Assembly: GCF_000008645.1 (NCBI RefSeq) | Contig: NC_000916.1 | Span: 630,001-662,000 of the forward strand | Origin: Methanothermobacter thermautotrophicus str. Delta H | GTDB lineage: Archaea; Methanobacteriota; Methanobacteria; Methanobacteriales; Methanothermobacteraceae | Direction: 5' to 3' | DNA length: 32,000 nucleotides | In this document: positions 1 to 8,700 of the stretch, in pieces | Position numbering within the stretch: position 1 is the first letter of the stretch | Layout of the letters: each line of letters opens with the position of its first letter | Notes under the pieces: generated by a model | Told to the model about the DNA's origin: nothing | What the model saw: the letters and a program-made list of their open reading frames with translations, nothing else | Databases searched by the model: none | Translations under genes and position numbers: made by a program

Positions 1-1104
1 GTTAAGAGGCAGCTCAGTCTGGTTGAGATAAGGGACACCCTCCAGGAGAGGGGTGCTGTGGTTGAGGATAAGATATTCGATGTGTCAGAGGTCTTCGCAG
101 ATACAGAATCCAGGATAATCTCCTCGGCGGAGTCTGTACTCGCAGTTAAACTGAGGGGCTTTGATGGTCTCATAGGGGTTGAAATCCAGCCAGGAAGGCG
201 TCTCGGCACCGAGATGGCTGATTATGCTAAAAAGCGGGGTGTGAGTGGCATATTCCACACCGATGAACTCCCTGCCTACGGTATAACAGAGGAAGAGGTT
301 CGGGGCCTCAGGGATGCCGTGGGTGCCTCCCAGGGTGATGCGGTTGTCATGGTTGCCCATGAAAGGGTCACCGCCGAGAATGCCCTCAGGGAGGTTATAA
401 GGCGTGCGGAGATGGCAATCCAGGGTGTGCCTGAGGAGACAAGGAAGGCGCTGCCTGACGGTAACACACAGTACCTCAGGCCCCTGCCAACCTCAAGCAG
501 GATGTACCTTGAAACAGACATACCCTTATTCCGGATAGAGGATGACCTCCTGGAGGGCATCAGGAGGAACCTGCCTGAACTCCCCTCAGAGAAGAAGGAG
601 AGGATAATGAGGGACTACGGTCTGAGTGAGGACCTGGCATCACAGCTCGTTAAGCGTAACCTTGTTGATGAATTTGAGGCCCTTACAGAATTCAGGGTCG
701 ATACCACTGTCATAGCATCACTCCTGGCCTACACCCTGAGGGAGCTCAGGAGGGAGGGCCATGATGTGGACGGGCTGGGCCTTGATGAACTGAGAGACGC
801 CATTAAACTCCTTGAGGTCGGTAAGATCTCAAAGGATGCCCTCAGGGACATAGTGGCCTGCATGGCTGATGAGGGCCTTGCAGCGGAGGATGCTGCTCGT
901 AAGCTCAACCTCCTGCTCCTCGCTGAGGATGAGATCGAGTCCATAATCCAGGAGATCGTTGAGGGTAACCTTGATATGATCTCTGAGAGGGGTATGGGTG
1001 CCATGGGTCCTCTGATGGGGCAGGCCATGGGCAGGCTCCGTGGAAGGGCAGATGGTAAGGTTGTAAACAGGATCCTCCGGGAGAAGATCCAGGAGAGGCT
1101 CTGA
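1..1104 (+). CDS. gatE: Glu-tRNA(Gln) amidotransferase subunit E (GatE), C-terminal part; the 5' end lies outside the window
   Basis: Frame 1 is open from nt 1 (VKRQLSLVEIRDTLQERGAV precedes the ORF-track start at 58). It ends at TGA 1102-1104. The sequence resembles archaeal GatE, including a C-terminal GatB/YqeY-like tail (GPLMGQAMGRLRGRADGKVVNRILREKI). A T-run follows the stop. Confidence 0.85.
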   Translation, partial: VKRQLSLVEIRDTLQERGAVVEDKIFDVSEVFADTESRIISSAESVLAVKLRGFDGLIGVEIQPGRRLGTEMADYAKKRGVSGIFHTDELPAYGITEEEVRGLRDAVGASQGDAVVMVAHERVTAENALREVIRRAEMAIQGVPEETRKALPDGNTQYLRPLPTSSRMYLETDIPLFRIEDDLLEGIRRNLPELPSEKKERIMRDYGLSEDLASQLVKRNLVDEFEALTEFRVDTTVIASLLAYTLRELRREGHDVDGLGLDELRDAIKLLEVGKISKDALRDIVACMADEGLAAEDAARKLNLLLLAEDEIESIIQEIVEGNLDMISERGMGAMGPLMGQAMGRLRGRADGKVVNRILREKIQERL

Positions 1105-1111
1105 AAAAACC

Positions 1112-1128
1112 AGCCCCCTTTTTTTATT
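1112..1128 (+). terminator. Oligo-T archaeal terminator candidate after gatE
   Basis: The sequence cagccccc is followed by a T7 run (1119-1125) and then attatt, 8-25 nt after the gatE stop. Confidence 0.5.
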
Positions 1129-1239
1129 ATTGAGGGTGCTCAGCAGACCCTAAAGCTCCACCTCCTTTTTAATATGAACCGGTTAACTGAATGTGAAATC
1201 TTTATCTCCACCGGTGACCAAGATAATGATTAAGGTGGT

Positions 1240-2151
1240 ATGATGACTGATTATGACATGATAGTTATAGGGGCTGGCCCTGCAGGGCTCACAGCCGGTA
1301 TCTATGGTGGAAGGCAGGGAAGCAGCGTCCTGATGCTGGATAAGGGCCCGGCCGGTGGACTGGGCCTCGAGGTGCCCATGATGGAGAACTACCCGGGATT
1401 CGAGATGATCGCGGGAATGAGCCTCGTTACAAAGATGAAGAAACAGGCCACCGCTGTTGCAGAGCTGAGGGAAATGGAGGAGGTTAAGGAGATAGAGAAA
1501 GGTGATGTGTTCACGGTCAAGACATCAAGGGACACCTACACCGCCTCGGCAATCATCTTTGCAACCGGCAGCAAACACAGGCAGCTTGGAGTCCCAGGTG
1601 AGAACGACCTTCTGGGGCGGGGTGTCTGCTACTGTGCAACCTGCGATGGCCCCCTATACAAGGGTCGAAAGGTCCTGATGGTTGGAGGTGGTAACAGCGC
1701 AGCCCAGGAGGCCGTTTTCCTAAAGAACATAGGCTGTGATGTGAGTATAGTCCATCGGAGGGATGAGCTGAGGGCTGATAAGTACCTCCAGGACAAGCTT
1801 CGTGAGATGGAGATCCCTGTGATCTGGAACTCTGTGGTTAAGGAGATAGGGGGTGATGAGAGGGTTGAGGAGGTCATCATCCACAACCGTGTAACCGGCA
1901 GGGACGAGACCCTCAAGGTTGACGGTGTATTCATAGCAATCGGCGAAGAGCCCCTCAACCAGCTTGCAGTTGACCTCGGTGTTGAGGTGGATAAAGGAGG
2001 CTACATCATCACAGACAAATTCCAGAGGACAAACGTGCCCCTCGTTTATGCCGCAGGGGATATAACAGGGGGTCTGAACCAGTGGGTAACGGCATGTGCA
2101 GAGGGTGCCATCGCAGCAACCTACGCCTACCGTGAAATACAGAGCTACTGA
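1240..2151 (+). CDS. trxB: Thioredoxin(-disulfide) reductase, FAD/NAD(P)-binding
   Basis: N-terminal dinucleotide fold ([16 protein letters not shown]), redox CxxC (CATCDG), a second GGGNSA nucleotide motif and C-terminal AAGD. SD aaggtgg lies at 1232-1238. ATG 1243 is an equally good start. Confidence 0.9.
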   Translation: MMTDYDMIVIGAGPAGLTAGIYGGRQGSSVLMLDKGPAGGLGLEVPMMENYPGFEMIAGMSLVTKMKKQATAVAELREMEEVKEIEKGDVFTVKTSRDTYTASAIIFATGSKHRQLGVPGENDLLGRGVCYCATCDGPLYKGRKVLMVGGGNSAAQEAVFLKNIGCDVSIVHRRDELRADKYLQDKLREMEIPVIWNSVVKEIGGDERVEEVIIHNRVTGRDETLKVDGVFIAIGEEPLNQLAVDLGVEVDKGGYIITDKFQRTNVPLVYAAGDITGGLNQWVTACAEGAIAATYAYREIQSY

Positions 2152-2253
2152 AAGTCACTTACCTACTAATTCTTTTTATGAAATGAGTTTAAATCAGGTT
2201 GCGCATCTGCTACTCTCCAGATATGATTATTCAGGATAGCATCAGCTTGAGTA

Positions 2254-2400
2254 TCAAACACTCCTTCCCCGCAGGAAGATGTATATGATGTATGCAATTA
2301 TAAGGACCACTAACACGGGTAGCAGCCATACCAGAACATAGAAAGCGACAACTGCAAGGACGAGTGCAACCAGAATGTAAATTATATCCACTGCCTCCAT
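2254..2400 (-). CDS. Candidate 48-aa hydrophobic micro-protein, below the ORF-track size cut-off
   Basis: My manual reverse translation gives MEAVDIIYILVALVLAVVAFYVLVWLLPVLVVLIIAYIIYIFLRGRSV, ending at TGA 2254-2256. It has two hydrophobic stretches and a basic tail. ATG 2400 lies about 26 nt from the centre of the TATA-like aaatataaata (2420-2431), which fits a leaderless mRNA. Confidence 0.35.
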   Translation of the reverse strand: MEAVDIIYILVALVLAVVAFYVLVWLLPVLVVLIIAYIIYIFLRGRSV

Positions 2401-2418
2401 AATATTTAATTATTCGGT

Positions 2419-2432
2419 AAAATATAAATAGC
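2419..2432. promoter_or_regulatory. Near-symmetric TATA-like element that could serve both divergent genes
   Basis: The sequence aaaatataaatagc is centred at about 2426. That is about 26 nt from minus-strand ATG 2400 and about 29 nt from plus-strand ATG 2455. It sits in a 54-nt AT-rich divergent spacer. Confidence 0.4.
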
Positions 2433-2454
2433 TTTTCAGAATCAGAAGAGGAGA

Positions 2455-3015
2455 ATGTTTATGATACTCATCATCAACAATCACGGGCAGTACAATCACA
2501 GGATACACAGGACACTCAGGTACCTCCAGATACCCTCCGAGCTTGTACCCAACACCACACCACTTGATGAGATCATCTCAAGGGACCCCGAGGGCCTCAT
2601 ACTCGGTGGTGGACCATCACTTGAGAGGTCCGGTAACTGTGTGGAGTACATACAGAAGCTTGAAATACCCATCCTCGGCATATGCCTGGGCCACCAGCTG
2701 ATAGCAAAGGCCTACGGTGGAGAAGTTGCAACGGCAGAGGCGGAGAGCTACGCCCAGATCGAACTTGAGATACTCGACGAGGACGACATATTCAGGGGAC
2801 TCGGGCCAAGGATGAGTGTATGGGCCTCCCACAAGGACGAGGTTAAGAAGCTACCTGACGAGTTTGACGTCCTCGCAACATCAAGCATATGTGAAGTGGA
2901 GGCCATGAAACACCATGATAAACCTGTGTATGGTATACAGTTCCACCCCGAGGTCCACCATACGAGGGAGGGCCACAGGGTCTTCGAGAACTTCTATGAT
3001 GTCTGCAGGTCATGA
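2455..3015 (+). CDS. guaAA: GMP synthase [glutamine-hydrolysing] subunit A (class-I glutamine amidotransferase)
   Basis: GATase triad context: [10 protein letters not shown] (nucleophile Cys) and [11 protein letters not shown] (His/Glu). It is small (186 aa) and sits directly upstream of the ATP-pyrophosphatase subunit, as in archaeal split GuaA. ATG 2461 (MILIINNHG) has better spacing from gaggag 2448-2453. Confidence 0.9.
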   Translation: MFMILIINNHGQYNHRIHRTLRYLQIPSELVPNTTPLDEIISRDPEGLILGGGPSLERSGNCVEYIQKLEIPILGICLGHQLIAKAYGGEVATAEAESYAQIELEILDEDDIFRGLGPRMSVWASHKDEVKKLPDEFDVLATSSICEVEAMKHHDKPVYGIQFHPEVHHTREGHRVFENFYDVCRS

Positions 3016-3117
3016 ACTGGGACCTGAAGGTACCCACCCTAACACGGGTCAGAACACCGTCCATCCTTAACATTAAATAGATGTCCTGCAAGATAATAAA
3101 TCAATCATTTTTATTCG

Positions 3118-4053
3118 GTGATGCTTATGCTGAATCCATCTGATTTTATTGAAGAAGCAGTTGAAGAGATAAGAAGTACCGTTGGTAACGAAAAGGCCAT
3201 AATAGCACTATCAGGAGGAGTTGACAGTTCCGTGGCATCTGTTCTTGCCGGTAGGGCCATCGGAGATAACCTCACAGCGGTATTTGTTGACCATGGACTC
3301 CTCAGGGAGGGAGAAGCAGAGTACGTGAGAAAAACATTCAGTGAACGCCTGAACTTCCGCTACATTGACGCCTCAGAGGAGTTCCTGAAGGAACTTGAGG
3401 GTGTCACAGACCCTGAGGAGAAGCGTAAGATAATCGGAAGGGTGTTCATTGAGGTCTTTGAAAGGGTAGCCGAGGAGATAGGTGCCAGGTACCTGGTGCA
3501 GGGCACAATAGCCCCTGACTGGATTGAAAGTGAGGGTCAGATAAAGTCCCACCACAACGTCGCACTCCCACACGGACTTGTACTCGAGATAGTTGAACCA
3601 ATAAGGGAGCTCTACAAGGATGAGGTACGTGAAATTGGCCTTGAACTGGGTCTTCCACGTGAGATGATCCAGAGGCAACCCTTCCCGGGTCCAGGACTTG
3701 CAGTGAGGATAGTCGGGGAGATAACCCGGGAGAAGATTGAGATATGCCGAAGGGCCAACGCCATCGTCGAGGAGGAGGTCGTTGAAAGCGGCCTCCACGA
3801 GAGTCTCTGGCAGTACTTCGCTGTACTTACTGACACCATGGTCACCGGGGTCAAGGGGGACGTGAGGGACTTCGGATACCTCGTGGTTATAAGGATGGTT
3901 GAATCTCTTGACGCAATGACAGCAAGTGTCCCTGAACTTCCATGGGATCTCATAAAGAGGATATCAAAGCGCATAACCGCCGAGATACCTGAGGTAACCC
4001 ATGTGGCTCTTTCTGTAAGTGATAAGCCGCCAAGCACCATTGAATTTGCCTGA
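3118..4053 (+). CDS. guaAB: GMP synthase subunit B (ATP pyrophosphatase / dimerisation domain)
   Basis: PP-loop SGGVDSSV and the conserved C-terminal GMP-synthase segment ([12 protein letters not shown] ... PPSTIEFA). The track start is GTG 3118; ATG 3121 or 3127 are alternatives. Confidence 0.9.
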   Translation: MMLMLNPSDFIEEAVEEIRSTVGNEKAIIALSGGVDSSVASVLAGRAIGDNLTAVFVDHGLLREGEAEYVRKTFSERLNFRYIDASEEFLKELEGVTDPEEKRKIIGRVFIEVFERVAEEIGARYLVQGTIAPDWIESEGQIKSHHNVALPHGLVLEIVEPIRELYKDEVREIGLELGLPREMIQRQPFPGPGLAVRIVGEITREKIEICRRANAIVEEEVVESGLHESLWQYFAVLTDTMVTGVKGDVRDFGYLVVIRMVESLDAMTASVPELPWDLIKRISKRITAEIPEVTHVALSVSDKPPSTIEFA

Positions 4054-4065
4054 AAAGCCACGAAA

Positions 4066-4116
4066 TCTTTTTTTCTGAATATCAGACCACAGAAAAAAAC
4101 AAAACCCTTTTTTTCT
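4066..4116 (+). terminator. Two oligo-T tracts after guaAB
   Basis: T7 at 4068-4074 and T7 at 4108-4114, within 60 nt of the stop. Confidence 0.45.
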
Positions 4117-4219
4117 TAAGATGCTTGAAAAAACACCAGCAGTTCCCCTTCAAGAGATGGAGATTATGAAAGTGAATCCCTCATTAACTAAATAAGTTAT
4201 GAGTCACATAATTTGACGT

Positions 4220-4675
4220 ATGAAAGACAGGATCCCGATATTCTCTGTTGCAAAAAACCGTGTTGAAATGGTTGAGAGGATTGAACTCTCAGATGATGAG
4301 TGGCGGGAGATACTTGACCCCGAAGCCTTCCGTGTTGCAAGGAAAGCCGGCACAGAGCCACCATTCACAGGTAAATATCATGACCTCCACGATGACGGCA
4401 TATACCGCTGCATATGCTGTGGTACAGACCTCTTTGACTCAGAAACCAAATTCGATTCAGGGACAGGATGGCCGAGCTTCTATGATGTGGTATCAGAACA
4501 CAACATTAAACTGAGGGAGGATCGCAGCCTCGGGATGGTACGCTGTGAGGTCCTCTGTGCAAGGTGCGACGCCCACCTTGGCCATGTATTCGATGATGGT
4601 CCCAGGCCCACAGGGAAGAGGTACTGCATGAACTCAGCGGCACTGAAGTTCATCCCGAGGGATCAGATAGGGTGA
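4220..4675 (+). CDS. msrB: Peptide-methionine (R)-S-oxide reductase MsrB
   Basis: Two CxxC zinc pairs (CICCGTDLF and [16 protein letters not shown]) and the catalytic RYCMNS motif. Confidence 0.9.
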   Translation: MKDRIPIFSVAKNRVEMVERIELSDDEWREILDPEAFRVARKAGTEPPFTGKYHDLHDDGIYRCICCGTDLFDSETKFDSGTGWPSFYDVVSEHNIKLREDRSLGMVRCEVLCARCDAHLGHVFDDGPRPTGKRYCMNSAALKFIPRDQIG

Positions 4676-4676
4676 A

Positions 4677-4928
4677 ATGCAGGAAGGTGCTGGAATGGCT
4701 GAGGACTTTGGAAGGTACTGGGTGGCTGGACTCATAATGGCAGTTGCAACAGAGTTCATCAACACCCTCACATACATCATCGGAACATGGAGACCCAATT
4801 TTTATCCTGAATGGATCCTCGGTCTCCTTACAGGGATCGCCGGTATTGCAATGTTCATACTGGTCCCATGGATCTACGGGCGCCTTGTGGAGTTCGTCTA
4901 CATCCACTTCATCAGTGGTGAGGGCTGA
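4677..4928 (+). CDS. Small two-TM membrane protein, function unknown
   Basis: It starts 1 nt after the msrB stop. Two hydrophobic segments are present (WVAGLIMAVATEFI and ILGLLTGIAGIAMFILVPWIY). ATG 4695 (MAEDFG) has a better SD (ggaaggtg, 4682-4689). Confidence 0.55.
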   Translation: MQEGAGMAEDFGRYWVAGLIMAVATEFINTLTYIIGTWRPNFYPEWILGLLTGIAGIAMFILVPWIYGRLVEFVYIHFISGEG

Positions 4929-5291
4929 TCAGAGGCCGTTAAACATTGCAGCAGCCTGGTTCATTAACTCGTTGGCCTCGTTTATCATGAGCCCAGAGTG
5001 AACGAAGTGATCATCATCTCCATCATCATAGAATCTCAGGAACTCCCTTATGGCCTCAAGGTAGGTCCCAACGGCCTTAAATATCAAATTGTGAAGATCA
5101 GCAAGCCCAGGATCCGGGATTTCACTTGATATGTCCCTGAACACCCTGGTGAGGGAGCGTTCTATATCCATGAACTCATCCCTGAGTTCCTGTGGATCCC
5201 TCCCACCCCTGAGAAGTATAAGGCTACCCCTGAATCTGTTTACATTGTACCCTATTCTCTGAACATGCCTCTGCATCCTCCTTGAGTACAT
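4929..5291 (-). CDS. Hypothetical 120-aa cytoplasmic protein, called gene X here; parent of the fragment at 19482-19690
   Basis: Strong SD ggaggtga (reverse complement of 5300-5307) lies 7 nt upstream of ATG 5291. Core-like GC-rich codon usage. I recognise no family. Confidence 0.6.
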   Translation of the reverse strand: MYSRRMQRHVQRIGYNVNRFRGSLILLRGGRDPQELRDEFMDIERSLTRVFRDISSEIPDPGLADLHNLIFKAVGTYLEAIREFLRFYDDGDDDHFVHSGLMINEANELMNQAAAMFNGL

Positions 5292-5654
5292 TGAATAATC
5301 ACCTCCATTTATATTGATTTAGTTTCTCTAATAAATAATCCATCATGGGATAACACCAGCGAATTAAATGATAAGCTGAGGCTGGAGGATCAAAAGTACA
5401 GAACAAATGTGAATTTTTCCAATTTCATATACTGTCTCCGCTCTCTAGATCATAGATATTGTCTCCACGTCAGCTTTTCTTCGTTGATCAGTATCTGATC
5501 TTAGCTAATGATACCACTTTGTTCCAATCTCCACATGACGTTCACTTAGTTCTATCAAAGAGAGAATGTGTAGATTGCGTGACACACAATCCATATGCTT
5601 CAGATATCAGAGAAAAACGATGGATTATCACTTGATGAAAAGAAACCCCAACTC

Positions 5655-5700
5655 AGTGAAAAAAGACCTACCAAATATTCAATTTTCCAAAAAAAGAAAT
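5655..5700 (-). terminator. Oligo-T tracts after the CobN-like ORF
   Basis: On the minus strand there is a T7 run (plus-strand A-run 5689-5695) 10 nt after stop TAA 5705-5707, and a T6 run (5659-5664). Confidence 0.5.
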
Positions 5701-5704
5701 GTGG

Positions 5705-8700
5705 TTAATACTCTTTTCTAGATGCCCTAAAGTAACCAATTGCCATAAGGACCACGAGAATCAAGACCCCCATAATAGCATAAAATGAAATTCCTGTACT
5801 TGAAAATCCCTGTGAACCTCTTCTAGTGATCTCATAAGATTTACCTTCACCTGCTTTGCCAGGTTCTCCTGTACCCCTCTGTAACCCGACCTCATCTAGG
5901 GATGCTGTTGTTCCTGCAGATCTAACTGATGAATCTCTTGCGCTTGAACCGGCACTACCGGTCCCAGTTCCCTCTTGTGTACGTGGTGTTGAACCTGATT
6001 CACCGCCCTCCCCATGATCTTCGGCAGGTGCGAAGTTTGCATTTTTCGTGGCAGCGTATATCTTCGCCTTAACCTTTTCAATGAGATCAGGATTCACATA
6101 CTGCATAGCCCATTCTATCATAGCAAGATTACCACAACTGCAGTCACAGCATGCCACTCCATGCTCAGCAATCATTTTAGCCCATCTGTTAGCAATGTTC
6201 CTGGTGATGGTCTCATCAGTTTTCCAGTAACCCATATAGATGACGTTCAACATGGTCCCTGTTATACTTATCATCGCATAAGCCCTGTTACCGCTGGAAA
6301 GCCAATCTGTAACCCCTGTTTGAAGGCTGTCTTGGAGATATACATTATACGCTGTCTGCCAGAGGTTACTATAAAATGTGCTCGAAAAGACCTCGTCATG
6401 GGTATAACTGTCTCTTAGAATTGTCCATGCTATGAGGTTAGAAATAAATTTCCTGCTGATGTATCTACCTGTGGGGTCGCTTTGCATCATGGCCCTGATC
6501 CATTCAGGGTTGAAGTAGCGAGTTGTTGCCTCCAGACTCATAAAGCTTTCAAGTGTCAATGCCCGGGGGGAGCCTCTGTTCCCATAACTCAGAACATACA
6601 TTGTTGGTGCTTCACCATTCACCCTTTCTATGGCAACTGAAAGTCCACCCCAGTAATCAAAGAAGTCATCATTATCCAAGACCCCATAGAGATTTGTGTT
6701 TCTACTTGTAAATACTGTCTTGACACCATTAAGCGCCCTTTTGAAGACTAGTGGATTTGATGATCCCCATTGGGTGCTTGAGTATATGTTACCCATCCTG
6801 TTAAGGTAGAAGTCCGCAAGCTCCATTCTGTCATCCCATGTCCAGCTTAACTGGATGCTCTTGGATATCCCAGCTCCATAATCATTCTCTGGTGGGGCGA
6901 ATATCTTTGAAATTGCATATTCCCCAGCAATCTCTGGGGTCATATTAAGGGACATGTAATATTCAAAGTCTTCAACCCAATGTTTAGCAACATAATTGTA
7001 ATCTAATGACTCGTCACCGATACCATAGAATCCAACAGGCCCTACCACATAATTTAGGGCCTTTTCTATCTTGTCCCCATATTTTTGTTTAAGCCTCGTA
7101 TCATCTAATATTGTATAGTAGGATCTTGCAAGGGCTACTCTGAACGCCTTGTCAAGTAGGCCGGCTTGCCTGCTGTAAAGATCCCTGAATAAGCCCGTTG
7201 TTATAATCACAACGTCAATCCTCTTTTTCTCCCAGCCCTCTGGTCGCACAAGATCCTTGAGTTCTACATATTTCGGCATTTCTTTAAGTTTAGCACCTCC
7301 CACACCAGCACTTGGAGAATCAGACCAGTCAGGTTCCATTCCAAGCAATGCCAGCACCATTGATACTAGTGCTGCATCATCACGTGCCGTTTCTGTGCAG
7401 AATATACCAACAGCTATTTTCTCCACAGTAGCATTAAGGTTTTGGAGTGTTAATAATGCTAAACTCTTACCATATTCAAATGAACTTCTTGTAGGTATCT
7501 CCGCTGCTTGATCCTGGAAGAAATTCCTACCCGTTGGCAGCGCATCAGGGTTGCTCACCAGATCGTTACCAGCCCCCGGTGGAATATAACCACAATTCAA
7601 AGCATCTAGTAGAGCTTCTACCTCAGCATCCATACTCTCATATACTTTCATCGCATATTCACGAGCCAACTCTAATGCCTTTTTCAGCCCAGCCGTTGGC
7701 ATGCTAGTTAAATTGTTAAGCGTCGCATTCACTCCATTAGTGATGACACTCTTCACGATCCCTATGCAATTTTCTTGCACTTTCTCCTTTTGTATACTGG
7801 TAAGGTTCCCATAAGATTTTCTATAGAATAGGAGGGCCACCTCATCCTGTAATGTTGTCTCCTCAGTGGTAGAAACTTGGAATGGCACTGATAGTATCGA
7901 AGAGACTAGCATCGCCACTTCCTCCTCTGTCCAATTTTTACCAATGGCATGTAAACCATGAGGATACAATGTATCCTGCACCTGCCCCAGGTAATCTTCT
8001 ATTGTCTGGACTAGCTTATCCCCATATAGTTTGTTGAGTGATACTCCCATTGCCATTTCTATAAGTTGTGTGAGATTATTATCCTGTATTGTCTTCCTTA
8101 TCTTACTGATTATCTCTGTTTTTGTTGAATTGTCAGCACCATCATATTGACCCACCAGAGTTGCTAAAGAAGCGTATCCACCATATAATGCCGTGAATGT
8201 TAATGGTGGTGTTAAATGGTCTATGATAACTGCTGATCCCCTCCTCTTGGCCTGGATGCCCTCTGCGAGTCCATCCACTATATAATAATAGATCTGTGGA
8301 GTGGCACCAGTCACGACCTTGGGGAAGTCAGAGGATGCCAATAGAACCTCTTTACCAGGGAGCCACTCATAAGTAGCGTGTCTTCCAAGATGGACCATCG
8401 CATCAGTGTTCTCCTGCAAGTAAGCATAAACTGCAAGATACTGATGTGGCGGAGCCACCACCATGCTATGATAAAGCTTGTTAATATCTCCTTCCCATCC
8501 ACGCTGAGGCTCTGGACAAATGAAGATGTTACCAAACCACATCCCTGGGATTACAAAATATTTTGTACCATTCTTTTCCACAGTCATTATATCCCCGGGG
8601 GGCTGGCCCCAACCAGATAAACCACTAATATTAAGGGCAAAGAACTGCCTCTTATATCCCAAGAATTCATTATAGTATCTTTGATCCCCAGTTAAAATAT

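Noticed and set aside
5566-5721. A 51-codon basic ORF (MCRLRDTQSICFRYQRKTMDYHLMKRNPNSVKKDLPNIQFSKKRNVVNTLF) in the left-border spacer
   Set aside because: It has no SD or promoter context, overlaps the CobN-like stop and terminator on the opposite strand, and its composition matches an AT-rich spacer.
6014-6418. Plus-strand ORFs inside the CobN-like gene: 6014-6418, 6048-6230, 7257-7511, 8378-8620, 8885-9130, 9728-9991
   Set aside because: They lie antisense to a 5.4-kb ORF with clear family signatures. They are short and low-complexity, and have no start context. They are shadow ORFs.
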